The translations under genes and the position numbers were made by a program. Source: Phoronis australis (lineage: Eukaryota; Animalia; Phoronida). From it: a DNA stretch of 64,000 nucleotides. Under the pieces are notes generated by a model that ran no database searches, had not been told where the DNA came from, and was given only the letters and a program-made list of their open reading frames with translations. Below are positions 36,109-45,070 of the stretch, piece by piece. Each line of letters opens with the position of its first letter. Position 1 is the first letter of the stretch. The stretch is from contig NMRA01000435.1 in the NCBI GenBank assembly GCA_002633005.1, positions 186,001-250,000 on the forward strand, in the 5' to 3' direction.

Positions 36109-38546
36109 TCACACTGTTCCTTTCTGTGCCATTTCTTCTTTATTCTGTCTTGTTCTCAGGTCTCGCTTCAGCCGGTTGGCGCGGTCACGGTGCCGGCTAT
36201 AGCCAACGATGCTGGACGCAGCGTCAACACAGCTCTGCGCATAGCTTATACCTTCTCGATACAGCTCCTGTTCCTTGCAAGCGTTCGCCAAGCCCAGCAG
36301 GGAGTCCAGCAGCGTCATGCTGACTGTGCCCCCTGACCTCTTCTCCACCTCGTAGCCTTTCGTGTAAAGGTCAATAGCCTCCTGGTTGTGCTCCGGATCG
36401 TTGAAGAGCAGAGCAAGCTCCGCCGCCTTGTTGTAATTGGCACCAAGATGGGGAATGTCTTGTCGTCCTTCGTGCAGCTCCCTCTCTATCAGCTGCAGCA
36501 TCTTCTGGCTGTGCACTTCGCCTTCAGCAAAGAGCTGCGCCCGCTCGGCACACGGCATCACCTCGAGCTGTATAAAATGGACGCAGCACTGAATAAGCTG
36601 GCGCCGACAGAGTATGCAGTGGTTGGCGTCTTCACGTAGACGACTCATGCGCAACACGCCAAACTGATAATAGTCCTTCTCGTCCGACAGTAGCTCTGTG
36701 TACATGTATTTAGCATGCTCGAGATCATCCTGGAACTCCTTGCGCGTTTTACGTCCGCCCTCGATGTTTAGATACAATAGGGCATTGCGATCAACATAGA
36801 TGTGGTGCGCCAAGCTGACACTGAACTTTTTCTGGATCCGGTCGCATAGACTTGCCGCTGTCTCCAAATCACGAATATAGTCTTTAATTTTCGGCACCTC
36901 GCTCGGTGCTAACCGGCTCTGTCGGAAGTAAAGCCGGCCATATGTGTACAACACAGTCACTATAAGTTCCGAGAAGATCACCTCGCTCAACAATTCCAAC
37001 GGTAACGCTGCCTTAAAACTCACCAGCTGCTCGTACAGCTCCATGGTGACGACGCCATTTTCTGGCCACTCAACGGACCGTTTCGTTTCCGACAGCTTTT
37101 TCCTGATCACTTCAATCTCGGTGGGTTTGAGCTGTTTTCCTATAACAATCCTCAGCGCAATTGCTTGAAGCACCATCATGTTCTCCTTATCATTCTGAAC
37201 ATTTTCGATCCGCTCCAAGATGAATTTCGACTTGTAAGCCGCGATATAAGGAGTTGTGACCGGTTGGCTCATAGCACCATCCCCCTTGTTATTGTTGTTG
37301 GCAATAGCGGTCATTGCCTCCGCATCAAGCTGGTCCTCCGGGCTGCCGAGTACTTCATAGATCATCTGCTTGGCAGTAAGTAGGTGAGCCTCGGCTTGCT
37401 GTACATGGCCACGCTCGCTACAGTCCTCAGCCAGCACTTGATGGCAATGGACCAAGAACAGCTTGGTCTCTAGATTTAGCGATTCTGCCTCGATCTGTCT
37501 TAACACAAGGAAGACGTGAGGCTCCAAGAGGGAGTTGGTATGGAACATGGCCGTGTTGCCACGACCATACCGCTGGTTGCGCTCAATGTGATTCACAAGC
37601 AGAGAGAAACAGTCATTAAGTAATGTGGTGCGTCGTTCAGGTGTCAGCTCACTCCATAAGACATGCTGCAATGCGCGATGACACGTGACTAACACAAGGT
37701 CACTGAGAGCGTGTTCTGACAACAGCGCCATTGTCTTAAGTATGTCGACAAATTCTCTCGTCTCAGAGCCGCAAATGTCAGTTACTAGGAACATAGGAAT
37801 GTCACAGGCCTGCAAAAACGAGGCCATGGCGAGCCGCCGCATGCAGTTGCCATAAAGACCAGCGCTCAGTACGTTGACAGAGACAACCAGTGCTTTGAGC
37901 ATCTGCTGGTCGACATCTTTGAAAAAGTCCTGGTCGCTTTGGTCAATCTCTGAATTCTCCAGGTATTTGAGACTACGGATGTACTCCTGAATGTTCACGC
38001 GTCCATCCGAATTAACAATGTACGAGCGTGCCAGCGCCAGGCTAAAGGGCAGATTGTGCAATTCCTCAATGAGTCGCAGAACGTTCACAGTCGCCTCCTC
38101 CGTGAAAGTCACTTCCTCTTTGAGGAAGTTGATTGCCTCCTCTTTCTTAAATCCGCGCACAAACATTATGAAGGGCTCCTCGCTCAGCACATTTTCCGTC
38201 GACGTGATCACCGACGTGAATTGTGCCCGGTTCTTCAAGCGACATTCCAGTACCGGCGCTACACTTGCGGCGACATCGTCAAACACAAAATAACACGAGA
38301 TGTTCTTCTTCTCAAGCTTGGCAAGAACGCGGTCCAGAAACATTCCCAACACGTCGCTATCCGAGGTTCCTTGCTCCACGACGTTCTTTATATCGAACTG
38401 TAAGTGCTCACATAGAACTTCTAAGCCGTAGGTGACTGTTTCGAAAACACGAGCATTAAACATCCACGCCACCGTGACTTCTTTCTTGGAGACCATGTCA
38501 TCGCCGATTTTCAATGCCAGCTGAGTTTTGCCTGAGCCTCGCAGAC
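36109..38546 (-). CDS. STAND P-loop NTPase (NB-ARC type) with winged-helix and TPR-like region (NLR-like protein); large terminal exon of about 812 codons, 5' exons not found
   Basis: The acceptor catatctgtttcag| at 38547-38548 splits the first Gly of Walker A (GLRGSGKT). Then follow VAWMFNA, Walker B YFVFDDV, sensor-1 SVITST, VRGFKKEEAINFL, GLPL-like HNLPFSL, MH-like TCHRALQ and LLEPHV. Helical TPR-like segments follow (QAEAHLLTAKQM, GANYNKAAEL..EAIDLYTKGYEV, SLLGLANACKEQELYREGISYAQSC). Confidence 0.85.
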
Positions 38547-40864
38547 CTGAAACAGATATGAAAACAATGAGTATATGTAACATAACATACAAAAACAGTC
38601 TAAACATCTAAAATATCAAACCTTTACGTTTGGATGGATGCAGTTTGGTAGAAAAGTGGATTTTTGCCCAATTGTTTATCAGAATTTTTTATCTTCTTGT
38701 ATATTTAGTTTGTGATTAATATTTATTTTGATCACTTGCAAAACTATAGCTAGCTAATTGCCCAGCACAACATGTGATTTGGCTGAACAGTTGAACGCAG
38801 GTGACAAAAATGTATTTCTCAAAACTAGTAATAAATTTAGTTACCAAGTCAGAAATCTTTAAAACAAGATAAAACATTATTCAGTGACAACAACATTTTA
38901 TACATGGGCCATAGTTTTGCAAATAGGCTCAAGCAGCTATATCCTGGACATCAAAACACTACCTGAAAACACAAAGATGAAAAATGACATAGCACTAGAA
39001 ACCTTAACTGCCAAGGTGATTCAGCTTCCCGCCCACGTCACAACCCCCCAAAAGGGGTACTACATACTGTTTACAGGGACATAATGGAGCCTGTGGAAAT
39101 GTCACAGCTCCACTAGTGCAATATTCACCACTTTGAAAAATGGTATCAAAACAATCAAATGTGGTTGAAATTCTACGCAACATTGAAATTAAAACGCGAG
39201 CCTCAGCAAATTTGAGTGTGAGGGTCTGCCATTTGCAGTTGCGTGCGACCACTTAACTCACTCCCCTTGAACTAGAAACCTAGAACCTATGTGGCTACCC
39301 TTAAGTAACAGTAAAAGGGTACTTCACAGGCTGTTTCAGTAGGGTTGCTGAATCCTCTATTAATTTCAGCAATTCATTATGATTAAATTCCCCTGCCCTC
39401 TATTTGTTGAGTCAGTTGATAATCACTCACTTGGTCCGTTGCGTGGTACAGTGCACTTTACTGCATTTTGATAAGCAAAATAATAAGATTACACGATAAT
39501 GCAGGAAATGAGTTCTTAATTTCCAAAAATATTCTACCCTGGGTTGACCCCCAAACCAGCCTAACGGAAGGAGGGACACCTTCTCCCAAACCTATCCCCT
39601 CTCCGGTGCTCAACTGCATTTCTGCCCCCTTTCAACTTTGGTAAGTGGAGGAACCTGACAAGGCAAACTGTACCAGAGACAGAACATACATATAGATTTT
39701 ATTTTCTTCCAACAACAAACAGTTGATTGGATAAACTGACACGACAGGTCAAGCCATAATTACTCAGACATAAGAGGACACTATGTGGAAGTTTTCTGAC
39801 AAAATATTTATCCATTTTAAGGTCATTTATATATCCTTCACTATCACTAATCTATTGATGTTAATAACATCTCGTCTCCCTGACTAGAGTGAGCCCAGCA
39901 TGTGAAGAGCAATGTTTATGGCAGAGATATTGATGTGCAGGCTATACATAAACCACATGCATGTATGAATGTTTATCACAAGGATATTTTAGTCACACCT
40001 GATGTAATAGTACACAATATTGTGAAGGTTTAACATAGCAGTAGACTAGTTGTGAAATTTTAACATAATGAGGAACACTGGCCGGGGCTACTTTCTGCTT
40101 ACAGATATGTGCACCCAAACTTTGCTCAAATGGCAAAAACCACAAAACTACGGTGGAAACACATCCATTTGAGACAAAAATAATTGCTAAAATTTCCGTA
40201 TTTCTATTTTTAATAAGCTTACCACATCGTTGCAAATGCTCAAAATTTTACCCAATTTTGTTTGCCAATAGCTATGCCATGTAAGCCATGCTCAAAGCAA
40301 ATTTTCCTGAAAAGTTATTTTTGTAGCGTAATTTGACAAAATGAAATTTCACCTGTCCGCGAGTCCCAAACTGAAGAATTTTTACAGTATGTGTGAGAGT
40401 GGCTTCGTTCCTTGTTCAAGTTGTTTTGAAAAAGACAACTTTTGAAATGAACCAGACGGTTGAAGGATGGTGACATTGTGAAATTGCTAAAGGTGTTCAC
40501 AAGTCACTACAAAGACTACGACAGACTGGCTTTTATAAAAATTCATTTAATTTTTTTTTAAATTAAAATTAATCGAAATTCACATTAGATCTCTTTAAAG
40601 TCAAGCTATGACCCTTCGAAGACTTGAAAATTCCCATACAACTACCGATAAACTTTACTAGATAACGCGGGACCTATCACAATACCAAGCACTTACACAG
40701 GTCATAAACACCTGACATTCATGTGAACAGCGATATCGATGACATACAATCTACAATTTAGATAAATGTCAGAGTGATATGCAAGTGAATTCCAGGGCAT
40801 CTACGTGACTTGGCCACCTGAGGTCTGTTTCAGAGATTTTCGACTAAGTCAGAAATTTCATTTT

Positions 40865-41070
40865 AAGTACGATAAAAATTCTTCAATAATTTTGTTCAAG
40901 GTCGAAGCTTGACCCGAATTCTAGAAAAAAGAAATATCGGCCGTCCCAAATTCAAGAATCACAAGTAAGATGACAAAGTTACCCACGCTGTAGTTGAAAA
41001 CACGGTCCAAAATTTGAGAAATATAATCATGATTAACGCTAAAATCGCCCTTGTCCCGAATTCCAGAACG
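40865..41070. mobile_element. MITE family A, partial copy (inverted)
   Basis: ttgttcaaggtcgaagcttg...ttctagaaa...cccaaattcaagaatc is the reverse complement of 17185-17260. Confidence 0.6.
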
Positions 41071-41271
41071 AAGTTTTCATCATGAACAAACATAAAGTAA
41101 ATCTTTAGTTTATTACCAATTTGTTTTGCACTGTGCAGATGTCATAAAACAATATTTGATGAAGCTCCTAATATTTGCAGCATGGTAATCAGCCTTCGCA
41201 TCACGGAAAATGACAATTTTGGCAATTGTGTTTGAACAAAATCACTAGTGAATTAAGGACTTCCACGTGAC

Positions 41272-41731
41272 TTGGAAGTCTGTGCCCCATTGCATAAAAC
41301 AGTCCCAAATAGGGGCTCAACTAAGTTCCCTAAATGTTTTGCAAATTTGTTTCGTTCTTTACTCACAGATATAATATTTATCTATCATTTTAGCTTCATT
41401 ATGAGCTTTTCTTTGACTAATGAGACATTTTCTAATGATGTAATTAAAAACTGACCCCTTAATTTATTAAAATTACGGAATTCGTCCTTAAAATACGGGA
41501 AGTTGCATAAAAAGATTCCTACTTATTTTCACTAACATATGCGTGCAGAATTGAACGTAGAGTACACTCTCGATTTGTATCAAAGTCAAACATTGACTTA
41601 GCAATTAAACTAACACAGCATAAGAAAGGACAATCAGTGTTTCCGCTAATCCACAAATACGTTGTAGATTTAGGGAACTTAGTCGAGTCCCTATTAGGGA
41701 CCGTTTCATGCAACCAGGCAATGATTTCCAA
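41272..41731. repeat. Pair of ~62-bp inverted repeats (41272-41335 and 41668-41731): either TIRs of one MITE or ends of two adjacent elements
   Basis: tgcataaaacagtcccaaataggggctcaactaagttccctaaat versus atttagggaacttagtcgagtccctattagggaccgtttcatgca. Confidence 0.7.
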
Positions 41732-43872
41732 ACAGCATAGGTGGCCTTGCCTTGAGATACACCAGCTAGTGCCTCTATTCAGGCACCATGTGAAGCAGAC
41801 AATAAATAGAGTAATTTCAACAACACTCCACAGGGCTAAGAGAGCCAGACACAACAAAAGAGCAACAATGAAAAGCCCAGGTGTGAAAAGCAATCTGTTT
41901 GCATTTATACATATATAAAGTTTGAAGTCAGTTTCCATTGCTCAATGAAGCAAGTGCTCAATGGCATGCATTTTGTGCTGGTTATCAAATGGCCAAGTTC
42001 GCGCAGAGTTCAATTTCAGGCACGATTTCATTTTCAACACTTGAGGTTAGGGAGGCCCTTATCGACATGTCTGGACATTTAGCAAGATAGCTAGATATTC
42101 ATGGACTCGGTACAAGCGATTATTTTCAGAAAGTGCAAAGCTTGTAGAATTTGATTTTTTACCAATAAACTGGGTCACGTGACCGTGTCTTTTTAGTAAA
42201 ATTTAGTGAAAAATAAAGGTACACGATAGTGAAACAATGATATCAAGAACATCGAATATCGAATTTTTCACTGCACGCCACCATGTGATGTGGCCAACAG
42301 GTGGCGTGCAGACCAGACTTAAAAACATTTGCGATCTTTATTTCCACGTCAGTTCAAGATTCGGGTACTCATATACGAACAAATTTTATTTGATAAAAAC
42401 ATTTAAGGTGAAATATAAACACTGCTACAGTTTTCTAAAATATTTATACAACTTTAAAGATTTTTCATGAAAACCATAAGATATTAGTCTTATTTTTGAT
42501 AGCCCCTGATGCAAAAGTGAAACATTTTAAAAACAATTCTCAACAACGCTTTCGAGAACAGTACATAAAGCCCCGTGACACATGAACCCCAACAGCCATC
42601 TCCGAGATATGATGCTCCGAAGTTGGACAATTTTTACAACGTCCAACGTAAATCATAATGCAAGCAGTTTTGACACAGTTCTACCCGCATTTAGAATTGA
42701 CAACACTTCTGTAAGTCACATAGAGTAATCACTGAATTTTTAAAAATACATTTGTTTTTTTAACCTGCCTAGCAGACGACTTCTGGGCTAGTAATGACAT
42801 ACCAATGACCAAGTATAAATATTTTATTGATTAAAATCTTGATACCATCACACGTTTTTTTACATCTTCGTATAATCATATCATCATACATATGGTTTTC
42901 GCTAAGAATCTGTTTTCGTCCCAAACGTAATTAACCCTAAATATCGAGTTAGAAATATCACACAAAAATAGATTTCTATTTTATAAAATCAACACTTCTC
43001 ACAAGAAAACATGCTTCTACAGATCCCTTTCAGTGATCGAAGTTTGGACAAGAAAATTCAAGAGCTGAGCTGAGAATTCATCAATGAAACACTCCAAATC
43101 AAGTTCATTGATCACTGAGCAGACGACAGCTCCACCATTTTAAATTGCAGTATGCCTAATCGCAATAACTCACATATGAAAGCAGTTCTTCAATGTCACG
43201 CAAAACGTGCCTGAAAATGACTTCGTATCGTCATCAAGAGTGGTAGTGGATGAACCTCAAAAGCATGGCACTTTACTAAGAGAAAGGTCAAAATTTCGAG
43301 ACAAAGGTAATACTCGCATACTTAGATAACTCTGTAATTGAGTTTATAACATAGTTTGTACTAAAAAAATAACTCGTTGTTTGATGCATACATTGTGAAA
43401 AAAATCGTCACAGTTATGACCACTAAGCGGCAACAAAAATTAACAACTAAGAAATTACCAGGACAGAGAAAAAATGCGATTGTAATCCACAGTTACTATT
43501 ATAATATTCATAAACATCACCGAGAAAGAGAAAAGTACGAAGATTTTGCCGATGTTTTCATTTTAAAATACTCAAACTATGAGTTAATTTATTTTAGTAT
43601 CACTGTTCCCAGAACAACTTGTCAAAATCACAGCACTGGGCTCGGAAATATAATCGCATATAACACTCCAGCGCTGCCTGTCAGTGGTCATGCCTGGTGC
43701 ATGTCATGTGACTTGTTATTATTTGCAGCGCCACCTGTTGGCGGTAAATCTCTTATACATCACTGGCCCACAGAAGCTCAAAATGTAACAATCCACCCCT
43801 ACTAAACAAATATGGAAAGAGCCTGAGGATTGTACCAAGTCCTTAAGACCTGCTACCCCAACAAGAATTGAC

Positions 43873-44278
43873 CTATATTACTTGGCGAAATAAATTTCGC
43901 CAAGTATGTTGCTCTTCCACTAAGTTTTTTTTTTTTTTTTTGTTTGTTCGCACGATACAGGTCGCAATTTTCGTCCGATCATCACGAAATTTACACATAA
44001 CACGTACTTCCGGAAGTCCTGGAAGCCTATTGTTTTTCGTCAAAATCGGATCCAAGATGGCGGCTGTGGCGGCCATTTTGTTTCCATTTAAAGGTACAAA
44101 TGCTTCTGGAGGCTACAATTTTTTACGTAAAAGGCTAAGAATCGGCACAGTAAATGGACCGGAAGTTTGCTACAAGCACACCGGAAATTGTTTACTTCCG
44201 GTTAAAGATGGCGGAAATATCGGCGATCGCGCATGCGCACCTCAATTTTGGCCTAAAAACGTTTTCTCCTGTAGAGGG
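43873..44278 (+). mobile_element. Helentron-associated (DINE-1/HINE-like) non-autonomous element, truncated by the N join
   Basis: It starts with a short palindrome (tacttggcgaaat aa atttcgccaagta), then a T/(gttt) microsatellite, then a CpG-rich core with repeated aagatggcgg and ccggaa motifs. It ends at the N at 44279. Confidence 0.6.
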
Positions 44279-44641
44279 NTGCAATTACTGTACGCAGACC
44301 ATGACCGAAGAAATGCTGCACATTACATTCACAATGTTGGTGGCCATATTGCGAATAGCGACATCTGACGTATGGGTGACGTGAATGAAAAATGACACTC
44401 CACACTATAAGTTGGTCTATATTACACTATATTACAAGTTGTGTTATATTTCAGCAAATTGGAGGATAAAACTACTGGTGACCTTGTAATAACTATATAT
44501 TGTAAATAGAACTGCGTAGGGGTGGTGGTACATAGGGGTGGATAATTACGTATTTAAATATTTAAAGCACCTGTGTCTTGTACAAAGCTAGACAAACACA
44601 AAAGTCAAGCATATGTCTCTACAACCCCAACCCCCCCCCCC

Positions 44642-44812
44642 GAGTCGATTTGATTTGATTGTGCATTCACACTTCACAACATAGAAATCTGTTTAGGTCA
44701 TTAAATCAATTCGAAAACGATTTAAGCTAAACTAGTAGTGATTACACTAGCTTCCTAAATCGATTTGAAGCCCAAACCGATTTTAAATCAATTTAAAGTC
44801 CTCTGTGTAAAA
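44642..44812. mobile_element. Interspersed repeat family D copy (inverted copy at 54417-54583)
   Basis: gcattcacacttcacaa and aaatcgatttgaa.c.caaacc.attttaaatc match the reverse complement of 54450-54583. Confidence 0.6.
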
Positions 44813-44815
44813 AGG

Positions 44816-45070
44816 TACAGTAACTCTTCACTTATTTCGCACAAAAAACATTTGTCAAAATTGTCATGTTTATGTCTTCAAAGGCTGATAACCTTGCTGG
44901 AAACAACAGAAACTGCCACTAGGAGGCGCCACAGTGCCAAATGTTGTATTATGAAATCTACGGTACACAGTACAAACCATACTAGTAACAGACAAAAATG
45001 TTCTTAATCTTTACCTTTGTGGAGAAATTAAAAAAATAGAAGTTCACTTATCAAGTTATGAAGAATTATC
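44816..45070. mobile_element. MITE family B copy
   Basis: Starts tacagtaactcttcacttatttcgcacaaaaaa; alignable with 11590-11844. Confidence 0.6.

Noticed and set aside
36099-38435. Several 70-115-aa plus-strand ORFs
   Set aside because: They are antisense shadows of the GC-rich NB-ARC exon.
38547-38607. N-terminal MFRLFLYVMLHILIVFISVS of the 832-aa ORF read as a signal peptide
   Set aside because: It is T-rich sequence ending in a consensus acceptor (tgtttcag) right at Walker A, so it is most likely translated intron. A secreted STAND NTPase would also be implausible.
41235-41249. 15-nt match to the 3' part of miR-7 on the minus strand
   Set aside because: The seed region is interrupted and no hairpin forms.
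43868-44384. 166-aa and neighbouring ORFs
   Set aside because: They lie within a non-autonomous repeat, include a poly-T run and cross an N join.
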